64,000 nucleotides of DNA from Waterburya sp. (GTDB taxonomy: Bacteria > Cyanobacteriota > Cyanobacteriia > Cyanobacteriales > Xenococcaceae): contig CBDCJV010000002.1 of the NCBI GenBank assembly GCA_965217895.1, positions 4,128,001-4,192,000 of the forward strand, in the 5' to 3' direction. The notes beneath the pieces were generated by a model that did not search any database, had not been told where the DNA came from, and was given only the letters and a program-made list of their open reading frames with translations. This document shows, piece after piece, positions 37,300 through 46,683 of the stretch. A program made the translations under genes and the position numbers. Numbering within the stretch: the first letter of the stretch is position 1; each line of letters opens with the position of its first letter.

Positions 37300-37926
37300 C
37301 TAAGATTTAGGCTCTTGAGAGCCAAAGAATTCTTCGTTAGTTACAAATCCTTCCTGATTTATTCCATCTTTGCGTATTACCTTTGAAATCGTCAAGCAAA
37401 GAATTTTAAGATCTAACCATAGACTCCAGTTATCGACATAATTAACGTCCATCTCAAACTTATTGTCCCAGTTAATAGCGTTGCGACCATTGATTTGTGC
37501 CAAACCAGTAATACCAGGCATTACCTCATGTCGGCGAGCTTGTCTGGTGCTATAACGTTTGAGATATCTAACTCTTAATGGGCGAGGTCCGACAAAACTC
37601 ATATCTCCTTTAAGAACGTTCCATAATTGAGGTAATTCATCTAAGCTGGTCTGGCGAATCCATTCTCCAAAAGGAGTCATTCTCTGTTCAAGATTTTGAT
37701 CGTCTGGAAGCTGGTTTCCCTGTTCATCGACGCTATCTTTCATGCTTCTAAATTTATAAAAGATAAATATACGTCCATCTTTACCTGGACGGCGTTGAGT
37801 AAAAATAACGGGACTACCCAGGTTTAAATAAACGGAGATCGCCACTAGTAAAATTAAGGGAGAAAAAATTAACAGGGCGATCGCAGCGGTCAGGCGATCT
37901 GCCAAATATTTAATAAATCTACTCAT
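37300..37926 (-). CDS. Bacterial sugar transferase (priming phosphoglycosyl transferase, PglC-like)
   Basis: KFRSM, SLDELPQLWNVLKGDMSFVGPRP, PGITGLAQINGRN. Confidence 0.95.
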   Translation of the reverse strand: MSRFIKYLADRLTAAIALLIFSPLILLVAISVYLNLGSPVIFTQRRPGKDGRIFIFYKFRSMKDSVDEQGNQLPDDQNLEQRMTPFGEWIRQTSLDELPQLWNVLKGDMSFVGPRPLRVRYLKRYSTRQARRHEVMPGITGLAQINGRNAINWDNKFEMDVNYVDNWSLWLDLKILCLTISKVIRKDGINQEGFVTNEEFFGSQEPKS

Positions 37927-38074
37927 GTTTCTAAAAATTATTAGTTAATTTATCTGTGAAACTGCAATTCTGCTCTGAGTTTTAATCTTGGCTTAGAGCT
38001 AAATCACATGGATGTTCACTTAAATATTTCTATAAATTGCCCTAACTATAATTCTTAGCGATCGCTTTAAAATT

Positions 38075-38135
38075 GGTGGGCAATAATTATTTGATTGAAT
38101 ATTGCTAGCCAATTTCTGGAATTTGCCCACCCTAC
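38075..38135 (-). repeat. GTAG-family REP doublet, copy 2
   Basis: Same length and arms as 11419-11479, opposite strand. Confidence 0.8.
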
Positions 38136-38209
38136 GACTAACTGTCCTAACTGTTAGTTTATTGCTATTCTATAATTTAACTTTAAAACAAATCGGCTGA
38201 ATTTTTTCT

Positions 38210-39193
38210 ATGACTATCCTTGTAACAGGAGGAGCAGGATACATTGGCTCTCATTCTGTCCTGACATTGCAAAAAGCAGGTTACGAGATAATCATACTCG
38301 ACAACCTAGTCTACGGTCACCAAGACCTTGTAGAGACTGCATTAAAAGCTAAACTAATTGTGGGTAACACTTGCGATCGCGCTTTATTACAGCAAATATT
38401 TTCCGATCACCAAATTGAAGCCGTAATGCACTTTGCAGCCTACGCTTATGTGGGGGAATCAGTTACTAAGCCAGCAAAATATTACCATAACAATGTGATC
38501 GGCACTTTCACCCTTTTAGAAGCGATGCTGGAGGCAAACGTCAAGAATTTTGTCTTTTCTTCTACCTGTGCTACTTATGGTGTACCTGAATCTGTGCCGA
38601 TCGAGGAAGAACAGCCTCAAAATCCGATCAATCCCTATGGAGCTACTAAACTGATGGTAGAGAGGATTTTACAAGATTTTAGTCATGCCTACGATTTTCG
38701 CTCGGTATGTCTGCGCTATTTTAACGCCGCAGGAGCAGATCCAGACGGTAATTTAGGAGAAGACCATAATCCTGAAACTCATCTCATTCCTTTAGTTTTG
38801 CAAACTGCCTTGGGTCAAAGAGAATCAATCTCTATTTTTGGTACAGATTATGACACCCCAGACGGAAGCTGTATAAGAGACTATATTCATGTTTTAGATA
38901 TTGCTCAGGCTCATATATTGGCTTTAAAATATCTCTTGAATGACGGCAAAACAGACGTTTTTAACTTAGGCATTGCCAATGGTTTTTCGGTTAAGGAAGT
39001 AATTGAAACAGCTCGCAAAATAACAGGAAAAGAAATAAAAGCGGTAGAATGCGATCGCCGTGCAGGAGATCCTCCCGTTCTAGTCGGTAGTGGTGCAAAG
39101 GCTCAGAAGATATTAGATTGGCAGCCAGAGTATTCTAATTTGGAAGATATTATTACCCATGCTTGGCAATGGCATCAAAAACGCCATGCGTAG
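38210..39193 (+). CDS. galE: UDP-glucose 4-epimerase
   Basis: TGGAGYIGSH, HFAA, YGATK, LRYFNAAGA, IRDYIHV. Confidence 0.95.
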   Translation: MTILVTGGAGYIGSHSVLTLQKAGYEIIILDNLVYGHQDLVETALKAKLIVGNTCDRALLQQIFSDHQIEAVMHFAAYAYVGESVTKPAKYYHNNVIGTFTLLEAMLEANVKNFVFSSTCATYGVPESVPIEEEQPQNPINPYGATKLMVERILQDFSHAYDFRSVCLRYFNAAGADPDGNLGEDHNPETHLIPLVLQTALGQRESISIFGTDYDTPDGSCIRDYIHVLDIAQAHILALKYLLNDGKTDVFNLGIANGFSVKEVIETARKITGKEIKAVECDRRAGDPPVLVGSGAKAQKILDWQPEYSNLEDIITHAWQWHQKRHA

Positions 39194-39456
39194 GTAGTTC
39201 AGACTGCTTTAAATCGAGTGGATATCGCCAATCAGGCAAAAGAATAAGTAGTATTTAGCTAACTGAGCTAGCACATAAGTCTTCAGAAAATTTGGTAATG
39301 TGCAATATTTCTGATTAGTTTATTACAGCAGTTTTAACTAGAACTAATATCGATCTGAATTAAATCATAAGAAAACAGACAAAATGTATGATTATTTTTA
39401 TTTAAATAATGGTATAAAATGAATCGCAATTAATTACTAATATATAATCTATTATT

Positions 39457-40417
39457 ATGAGTACCCATAGTACCCATATTGTTACTGGTGTTGTAGGATT
39501 TATTGGTTCTCACTTGGCAGAAACTCTACTGCAACAAGGTATAGGAGTAATTGGTATCGATCAATTTAATGATTACTACGATCCTCAACTCAAAGAAAAA
39601 AATCTAGTTAATTTAAAGCAATTTGCTAATTTCAAATTAATTAAAGATGATCTTGAAAAATTAGATTGGCGGCAGCTTTTGCAGTCAGTTGATGTGGTAT
39701 ATCATCAAGCAGCACAGGCAGGAGTTAGAGCTAGCTGGGGCAAGGGTTTTCTCAACTATACGACCAGAAACATCAATGCTACCCAAATAATTCTAGAAGC
39801 AGCCAAAGATATCAAATCGTTAAAACGAATTGTCTATGCTTCTAGCTCTTCTATTTATGGCAACGCAGCAACTATGCCAACCCCAGAAACTTTGTGTCCT
39901 CAACCTGTTTCTCCTTATGGTATTACCAAACTAGCTGGAGAACGTTTGTGCTGGCTGTATCAGCAAAATTTTGGTGTTACCAGTCACGACCTTACGCTAT
40001 TTTACCGTTTATGGACCGCGCCAACGTCCTGACATGGCATTTCACAAGTTTTTCAAAGCTGCAATTGACGGTGATGCAATCTCTATTTATGGTGATGGGC
40101 AACAAACTAGAGATTATACTTTTGTTAGTGATGTGGTCGCAGCTAATTTGGCTGCGGGAAAGATCCCTGAAGCTATTGGCGAGGTGTTCAATATTGGTGG
40201 TGGTAGCAAAGTAACTCTAATAGAGCTACTTGAAATTATGGAGCGAGTAATAGGACAACCAATACGCAAAAATTATATTGAACGGGCAAAGGGAGATGCA
40301 CGTCACACTAGCGCAGACATAGCTAAGGCTAAGAAAATTTTGGGTTATGCTCCTCAAGTTTCTTTGACTGAAGGTTTGATAAAAGAATGGAAGTGGATTC
40401 AAACTATTTATACTTAG
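39457..40417 (+). pseudogene. NAD-dependent nucleotide-sugar epimerase (UDP-glucuronate epimerase-like) split by a 1-bp insertion at ~39977-39979, or a sequencing error
   Basis: Frame 1 GFIGSH..AAQAGVR..YGITK..QNFGV continues in another frame as PVTTLRYFTVYGPRQRPDMA. Confidence 0.85.
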
Positions 40418-40459
40418 AAAATGCTCGATCGCTTTTCGATCTGCCATTTAAGTTTTAGG

Positions 40460-41653
40460 CTAAATTGCTTTTTTAGTTAGAGAATTTTCATAAATACTTT
40501 CGTATTTTTTAACAAAAGAATTTAAGCCGTCTACATTAAAGTTAGTTTTAATATGTTTTCTGGCTTTTATGCCTAACTGATGACGTTCATCTTTACCTAA
40601 AACGATTAATTTGCGCCACGCTTTAGCCAATGCTTGAGGATCTTTAGGAGGGACTACAATACCGGTATCTGCGACGATTGCCTCAGAATCACCTATGTCA
40701 GTTGCAACGCAGGGAATTTGACAAGACATTGCTTCTCCAAGCACATTGGGAAAAGATTCGCCATAAGCAGAACTAGTAGTAAAAATATCGAGTGATGTCA
40801 TGATCTCGGGAATATCTTGGCGTTCTCCAAGTAAATGAATTTGTTCGCCAATATTTAAGCTTTTTATCTGATTTGATAAAGCTGAATTGCGATCGTCTAC
40901 ATTAGGTCCTATCAAGATAAAATGCACCTTGGGATAATCCTCAATCAGCTTTGCTGCTGCATTGATTAAATTGGCATGATCTTTCATTGGATGATAACGA
41001 GCCACCGAACCAATCAAAATACTGTCTTTAGCTAGGTTCAAAGACTGACGTAGATTAAATTGGGGGTTAGATACGGGCTTGTATTTAGATATATCAAAAT
41101 TATCGCTAATTGCCACCGCATTGCTAGGATTGTATCCCAAACTGAGATGTTGCTTTTTACCTTTAGCAGCGGAAAACATTACTGTTTCGACCCAGGAAGA
41201 AAGCAAAGCAGTTAACTTGATTGTTGCCACCAGAGAAAGTTTTTCCGCCCTCAAGGAATCTACCGAATGGTGAATGCTCCAAAAAACAGGAACTTTGTCT
41301 GCCGAGAAAAAATTTGCTAGCTGAGCGATCAAATTGGCATGATACATCCAACCCTGAATCAAATCTGGTTGAATCTGGTTTAATAATTTAGTCAATCCGA
41401 TTAATGCTGGGGGCTTGAATACTCCAGGCTGCATACCCAGATCGAATACAGTAATATTTAAGGCTCGAAATCGTTCGACAAATACTCCTCCCTCAATCAT
41501 TGAAACTACGGTTGGGCAAAACCTGTCACGATTTATTCGAGATAACAGTTTGTAGAGCATCATTTCCGCTCCTCCAGTACTCAATCCAGTTATTATAAAT
41601 AGCAGTTTAATCTTTTTGCCTTTAGTATTTGCTTGCTCTAAATCTGATTTCAT
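40460..41653 (-). CDS. GT4-family glycosyltransferase
   Basis: LSTGGAE, ARYHPMKDH, ESFPNVLGEAM. Confidence 0.93.
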   Translation of the reverse strand: MKSDLEQANTKGKKIKLLFIITGLSTGGAEMMLYKLLSRINRDRFCPTVVSMIEGGVFVERFRALNITVFDLGMQPGVFKPPALIGLTKLLNQIQPDLIQGWMYHANLIAQLANFFSADKVPVFWSIHHSVDSLRAEKLSLVATIKLTALLSSWVETVMFSAAKGKKQHLSLGYNPSNAVAISDNFDISKYKPVSNPQFNLRQSLNLAKDSILIGSVARYHPMKDHANLINAAAKLIEDYPKVHFILIGPNVDDRNSALSNQIKSLNIGEQIHLLGERQDIPEIMTSLDIFTTSSAYGESFPNVLGEAMSCQIPCVATDIGDSEAIVADTGIVVPPKDPQALAKAWRKLIVLGKDERHQLGIKARKHIKTNFNVDGLNSFVKKYESIYENSLTKKAI

Positions 41654-41686
41654 TAACTTATTTTCAAATGATATTGATTGTATTTA

Positions 41687-43354
41687 TTAATATGTAGATC
41701 GATCTTTTGAAGAAAGTTGATTGATTTTCTCACCTAGTTTTTGTCTAGCAGAATATAAAGTTTCAGGATCTTTTGTCCAATTTAGCCAATTTTTACCAAC
41801 CTCATGAACTGTTTTCATTGTCCAGTCTTTTTCTCCTAATTTTTTGAGCAGGGAAATATATTCATAATCTTCAATACCGTCTCTAATTCTTTTTAAACGT
41901 ATTGAGGGAACAACTCCATTAATGCCGACGGGAGCGCCAGGATAAAGCAGCATTCCCTCTCCAGAAAAATTGCGATCGCCTTGTTGATAAACAGAGGGTT
42001 TACGCCAAGGATCATCAGACCAAAAGGGAAGATTACTATCATCATCACTCCAACCATCAACTTGAGAGTATAAAACTCCTGTTAAACCTAGGCTTTGAGC
42101 TATAAAACCTTGAGGAATACGAAAATTAATTGGTGGAACATCAATCTGCCATTGAGGCGAATATCCAGTTTGATGTCCAGTATAAAACCAGACTTCATCT
42201 CCTTGCTGCATTACCTCGGCAATTTGCTGCTGAGAATCTTGATACATTTGAGGCTGCACTACCCAAATATCCACATCATCATAAAATTCGGGTTTTGGTT
42301 TCATCACCACCAAGTTTTTTGCCCCCGCCTGATGAATATTATGCGCCCATTGCTTAATTGGCTGTTCAATGTTGGGGCATTTATCAATCTCATCAGCAGA
42401 ATAAACAAACTTAAGTAGCTTTGGATCGTATAAGTCAAATGCCTGTTTAATTTCTTCGACATTAGGGGCAGCACTTAATTTACAGGTGCTATAGTTGGCA
42501 CCACTCCAAAAAGGTAAACGAACAGAATTTAAACCCCATCGATCAATCAACTCTTTTTGTTTCTCAGGCTTAATACGCTTACCTGGCATAACCTTATGCT
42601 TGAGCAATTCCTTGATTAAACTTTCTCCCCGATCTTGCCAAGGATTAAAGTAAGAATTCATTGTCGGTTGTAAGGGCAACTCAAAATTCCACACGGTCAA
42701 CTCAATATTGCCCTTGCGTTCTCCGCGATCGCTAGTGACGGTATAAATTCCCTGGTATTTCCCTGGAGGAGTATCTCTAGGTACATATATATCTACCCAA
42801 ATAGGTTGATTTTTGTTTGCTGCTAAATCAAAAGGGACAGCATCAAAAGTTGCCCCTGCAAGATCTTTGCCAGTAGTCGAATCAGCGAAAGGAATTAGTC
42901 CATCAGCATACCAGCCCATGCCTGGAGTAAGATTACCAACCCAGTTTTCAGGACTAGGGCGATCGACATACACATAATGTTCTCGATATAGGGTGATGTT
43001 TTGTGCAGAAATGATCTCTTGGTCGGCGTTACGTAAATCGGATATGGCGACATCAACATTGCTCAGATATTTATTGTTTGATGTTTGAATTACAATTTGA
43101 AAAGATTCATATTCACCCCGAGCAGTCTGTAATTGGATTTTGTTTTTTTGGAGAGAATCGGCTACGCCGTTTTGTTTTAGATGAAAGTTATTTGATAGTT
43201 GATTATTATCTCGACTAATACTTTCTAGGGAGGAAGCTGCCCATATCTTAAAAGAACTAGATACATTAGTGCTTTGAACAACAAAATTATGGGTAAAAAA
43301 TACTACTACCAAAGTCAGTAAAATTAAAATTATGCTTTTAGACGATAATTTCAT
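41687..43354 (-). CDS. Exported DUF4091 / GH123-like putative glycoside hydrolase
   Basis: Signal anchor; ARGEYESFQ, QPIWVDIYVP..TPPGKYQG, ADE, GEGMLLYPG, SIRLKRIRDGIEDYEY. Confidence 0.75.
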   Translation of the reverse strand: MKLSSKSIILILLTLVVVFFTHNFVVQSTNVSSSFKIWAASSLESISRDNNQLSNNFHLKQNGVADSLQKNKIQLQTARGEYESFQIVIQTSNNKYLSNVDVAISDLRNADQEIISAQNITLYREHYVYVDRPSPENWVGNLTPGMGWYADGLIPFADSTTGKDLAGATFDAVPFDLAANKNQPIWVDIYVPRDTPPGKYQGIYTVTSDRGERKGNIELTVWNFELPLQPTMNSYFNPWQDRGESLIKELLKHKVMPGKRIKPEKQKELIDRWGLNSVRLPFWSGANYSTCKLSAAPNVEEIKQAFDLYDPKLLKFVYSADEIDKCPNIEQPIKQWAHNIHQAGAKNLVVMKPKPEFYDDVDIWVVQPQMYQDSQQQIAEVMQQGDEVWFYTGHQTGYSPQWQIDVPPINFRIPQGFIAQSLGLTGVLYSQVDGWSDDDSNLPFWSDDPWRKPSVYQQGDRNFSGEGMLLYPGAPVGINGVVPSIRLKRIRDGIEDYEYISLLKKLGEKDWTMKTVHEVGKNWLNWTKDPETLYSARQKLGEKINQLSSKDRSTY

Positions 43355-43482
43355 AGTTAATTTTATTTTTAACAGCTTCGTATACTTTGAAACAAGCCTT
43401 AAATTGCCAAGCTCTAAACAGTTTTTATGGTTCTAAAATGTGAATTTTAACCGTAAATTAATTAAAATTCGCTACGTTGTTC

Positions 43483-44733
43483 TTAAATGTTTTTGAGGCT
43501 ACTTTGTCGGCTCAGATTCGCCATCACAGCGTAAGATGTCAGCAATAAAAATGAACTCATAGTTGTGTGGCTGAAAAATCCCCATAAGAGTAAAGAAAAT
43601 AAAAATGGGGCGACATTTTTTTTGTGTTCGCCCTGCGCTTTCCAAACACAAGCTAAAAGCAGTAGGGGATAAATTAAAGCACCTAAAAAGCCAAATTCTA
43701 CCATTTGATCTAAGTAAATATTATGGCATCTTTGGGGAACCCCTTCTGCCGTTCGAAAATTGGGGTTAGCTCCTGAACCTAATCCATTTCCGAGAAAAGG
43801 TTTTTTGTTAAATTTAGCCCAAGCTTCTTCAACGTGGACAAGACGTGAATTTTTTGAATCATCCTCTTGTCCTAAAGGATCTAATAAAAAATTAACCCTA
43901 GCCAGAGTTCCTTCATTAAAGAGCGTTGTGCCATCAGCAGTTTTTATATATGTCAAATTATTTATCTGAACTGACAAGATTGTGACCGCCATAAAAGCAG
44001 ATAATAACATTAATGGTATTTGAGAGCGTAGAATAACCTTATTTAAAAGATACAGCAAAACAACCAATCCCCAACCAATCATTGCTCCGCGAGAAAAAGT
44101 GCAGATAATTCCTATAAAGACAAACAAGGCAAAAAATAAACGATATTTAGGCTTAATTAAATCAATACTAAAAATTAATCCCAAAATTAATGCCACTCCA
44201 GCAGTATTGGCATCTTCGTAAAACCCTGAAGATCTTCCTGGAGCGTGTTGGAGTAAATAAAAAGATAGAGGATTAAAAAATTCCCAAATAAACATAAAAA
44301 CATTTGCCAAGGTAATAAACAAAATTGTTAATCTTGTCCATTTTAAGACTATTGAATGTTGAGAAAAAATCAGTAGCATTACAAGTAAAAATAATATCGG
44401 TCTAATCTGATCCTCAAATAGCTGCATATCAGGAATTTGCGGTAAAACTAGAATTGATAGTAAAAGAACTGCCAGATAAAAACCGCACCAAACCACAACG
44501 GGAATAGCAACGTGAATAAAACAATTTAGAATTCCCACAAACACTGGAATTCCAAGCACTATAAACAAAATAAGCCACCACAAAGGAATTCCAAGCCCTC
44601 TTCCTTCTAGATAAACATCTAATTTTGAAAAAAATATTAATATGGCAGCCACCGCCAAAAATCCTTGGTAATAAACTAAAAAAGTTTTTTTGTTTTCTAA
44701 TACTTGCGCTTCATATTTGCTAAAAATAGTCAT
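43483..44733 (-). CDS. O-antigen ligase / Wzy-like polymerase
   Basis: Many TM segments; RSSGFYEDAN, TFSRG, PFLGNG, HNIYL..EFG. Confidence 0.88.
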   Translation of the reverse strand: MTIFSKYEAQVLENKKTFLVYYQGFLAVAAILIFFSKLDVYLEGRGLGIPLWWLILFIVLGIPVFVGILNCFIHVAIPVVVWCGFYLAVLLLSILVLPQIPDMQLFEDQIRPILFLLVMLLIFSQHSIVLKWTRLTILFITLANVFMFIWEFFNPLSFYLLQHAPGRSSGFYEDANTAGVALILGLIFSIDLIKPKYRLFFALFVFIGIICTFSRGAMIGWGLVVLLYLLNKVILRSQIPLMLLSAFMAVTILSVQINNLTYIKTADGTTLFNEGTLARVNFLLDPLGQEDDSKNSRLVHVEEAWAKFNKKPFLGNGLGSGANPNFRTAEGVPQRCHNIYLDQMVEFGFLGALIYPLLLLACVWKAQGEHKKNVAPFLFSLLLWGFFSHTTMSSFLLLTSYAVMANLSRQSSLKNI

Positions 44734-44815
44734 TTGATTAATTAATAATTTATATACAGGATTTATGCAAAAACATTAAACATAGTAGTGAAGGATAATT
44801 AAACTAATTTCATTA

Positions 44816-44896
44816 CCGCCCCAAATACCTCATTACCTCAAACACTACACTACCCAACAGCAGGATAATTTTATTTTCTTTTTACAAACGGTCACT
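44816..44896. repeat. Partial copy of the 31520-31720 element (right arm)
   Basis: caacagcaggataattttattttctttttacaaacggtc matches caacagcaggaaaatttgattttctttttacaaacagtc. Confidence 0.75.
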
Positions 44897-44956
44897 TAGA
44901 GTAGAAAAATAAAGAGTCACGAAACACGATTACATCCCGTATCAGCAATATCTTTA

Positions 44957-45046
44957 TTACTTATTTCTACTTCGCCCTAGTAATTTATTTCGTAATTTCA
45001 AAATGCGATCGCGATATTTAGCTGCTTCTTCAAATTCTAAGCTTTT
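44957..45046 (-). pseudogene. Relic uvrB 3' end (distal copy)
   Basis: Translates [29 protein letters not shown] versus uvr[30 protein letters not shown]. Confidence 0.92.
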
Positions 45047-45157
45047 GCTATTCTTGTTGAGTAGAATAATGTGTTGGTAATCCATAAAGTGACGCGGGAT
45101 AGAAATATTTGTCAACACTGCAATTTCATATGGTCACTTAATTTGATCCGATATCTT

Positions 45158-45613
45158 TCACTTGTGTTTTTCCATGAACACGAACGACATATTTTTGTTG
45201 ATCTTTTCGCTGTTGAATATTTTATATCCGAGACGCTCGTAAAGACTAATATTTCGTTTGCTCTTATGACCAGTAAACAATTCAAAATGCTGTGCCTGCC
45301 CAAAGCATGATTCGATTTGCTCCATGAGTGCCGTGCCAAAACCTTGCCCTTGAAAATCAGGATGAACAATGAGCCTTTCAACATAGCAAATACTTTCCCT
45401 CTGATATCCTCTGACTGAGCCTATAATCTTGCGCTTAACTTGAACCTTTAAGAAAATTTTGCTGATAAAGTCGCTTTTTAACTCGTTTAAAGTTTGTGTC
45501 AACGGTGGAATATTGAAGTCGTTATAAAGTCGTGCCTCGCTCTGATATGCCAACTGTTGCAGTTCGAGAATAGCTGCTGCATCTTCAGGCGAAGCGTATA
45601 TAACGTTTTTCAT
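45158..45613 (-). CDS. GNAT-family N-acetyltransferase
   Basis: LIVHPDFQGQGFG acetyl-CoA motif; NISLYERLGY. Confidence 0.9.
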   Translation of the reverse strand: MKNVIYASPEDAAAILELQQLAYQSEARLYNDFNIPPLTQTLNELKSDFISKIFLKVQVKRKIIGSVRGYQRESICYVERLIVHPDFQGQGFGTALMEQIESCFGQAQHFELFTGHKSKRNISLYERLGYKIFNSEKINKNMSFVFMEKHK

Positions 45614-45860
45614 TAGTTTCAAACATTTTTCTTATTTGAGGAGGAAAAACACTATCGAGTGGAACAGTTTCGCCACTTGCAATTTCTTGTCGTACCATTG
45701 CAGCCATCTGATCCCATTGATCATCAGTCATCGTAGCAAAACTAGTTTCCCATTTGTGTTCATCTTGCAATTCAGCTAGAAGCCGAGATGCGATCGCATC
45801 TTGTTGATCGGGTAGAAGTTTTTCAATTTGAGCGATCGCCTGTTGAAGCAGTTCAGTCAT
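45585..45860 (-). CDS. Small acidic protein resembling cyanobacterial type II antitoxins
   Basis: MTELLQQAIAQI.KL..DQQDAIA..LL.EL.DE.KW..SF pattern. Confidence 0.6.
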   Translation of the reverse strand: MTELLQQAIAQIEKLLPDQQDAIASRLLAELQDEHKWETSFATMTDDQWDQMAAMVRQEIASGETVPLDSVFPPQIRKMFETNEKRYIRFA

Positions 45861-45904
45861 AGTTTCAAATATATATTGCTGAATTTTAATTAAAGCTGTT
45901 TGTT

Positions 45905-45988
45905 TTAAACATTATTCCTATTATTTTTACCCAATAACTTATCTCGTAATTTCAAAATGCGATACTTAGCAACTTTTTGTAATTTTTA
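45905..45988 (-). pseudogene. Relic uvrB 3' end (middle copy, more degenerate, 6-bp deletion in HIP1)
   Basis: Translates [15 protein letters not shown]; aataacttatctcgtaatttcaaaatgcgat is identical to uvrB. Confidence 0.88.
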
Positions 45989-46063
45989 GGCTACGGTAAA
46001 TATCTTTAAGTCATTACTAAAGTTTCGAGTCCGTCCACTGTAAGTCTTGGTTAGCCTACTCCA

Positions 46064-46396
46064 CTAAAATAATGTAAGAATACCAGTAGTTTGGTCGCTA
46101 TTTAATGCCTTAAGATCATCATAATGATTTCGCAAAATTGCTTCAATATTGGCTGTTTTACAGTTGCCTCGTCTAATCCAAATAATTTTGGGTGGAAAGC
46201 CTTTCAATGTACAAATATCGCTAAAATCTGCATCTTTGGTAACAATTAGAAAACCTTCTTTTCGCGCATATTCCCAAACCTCAGTATCTGGAACTCGATC
46301 AAGATTTAAATTGTAAACGTGATTAGAACCAGCATAAATATCTCCCAGGCAATTTATCAATACTGGAGACAAGTTCTGATCGAAAAGCAGTTTCAC
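46064..46396 (-). CDS. PIN-like toxin (DUF5615 / VapC45-like); GTG start overlapping the upstream stop
   Basis: (M)KLLFDQNL, D.EVWEYA, LIVTKDADF, PPKIIWIR.GN. Confidence 0.88.
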   Translation of the reverse strand: MKLLFDQNLSPVLINCLGDIYAGSNHVYNLNLDRVPDTEVWEYARKEGFLIVTKDADFSDICTLKGFPPKIIWIRRGNCKTANIEAILRNHYDDLKALNSDQTTGILTLF

Positions 46397-46617
46397 GCTT
46401 TTATAACCATTAACATTTTTTCTCGGTCGGCAGCATAACTCAGGCAAGCCCGAATGTCGTCCTCAGTTATGTAGGGAAAATCTTCAAGAATTTCTTGATG
46501 AGACATGCCTGCTGCAAGATATTCCAGAATGTCGTAAACTGTAATTCTCATCCCTCGAATACAGGGTTTGCCACTCCGCTTGCCAGGTTCCATAGTTATT
46601 ATGTCTTCGTAGCTCAT
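46393..46617 (-). CDS. DUF433 antitoxin
   Basis: SGKPCIRGMRITVYDILEYLAAG..EILEDFPYITEDDIRACLSYAA; GAGG RBS. Confidence 0.92.
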   Translation of the reverse strand: MSYEDIITMEPGKRSGKPCIRGMRITVYDILEYLAAGMSHQEILEDFPYITEDDIRACLSYAADREKMLMVIKA

Positions 46618-46683
46618 TACTTTTACCTCGCGAAACCATGCTAAGATTTGATTCTAATCTATGGAATTTTTCTAAAGTACTAT

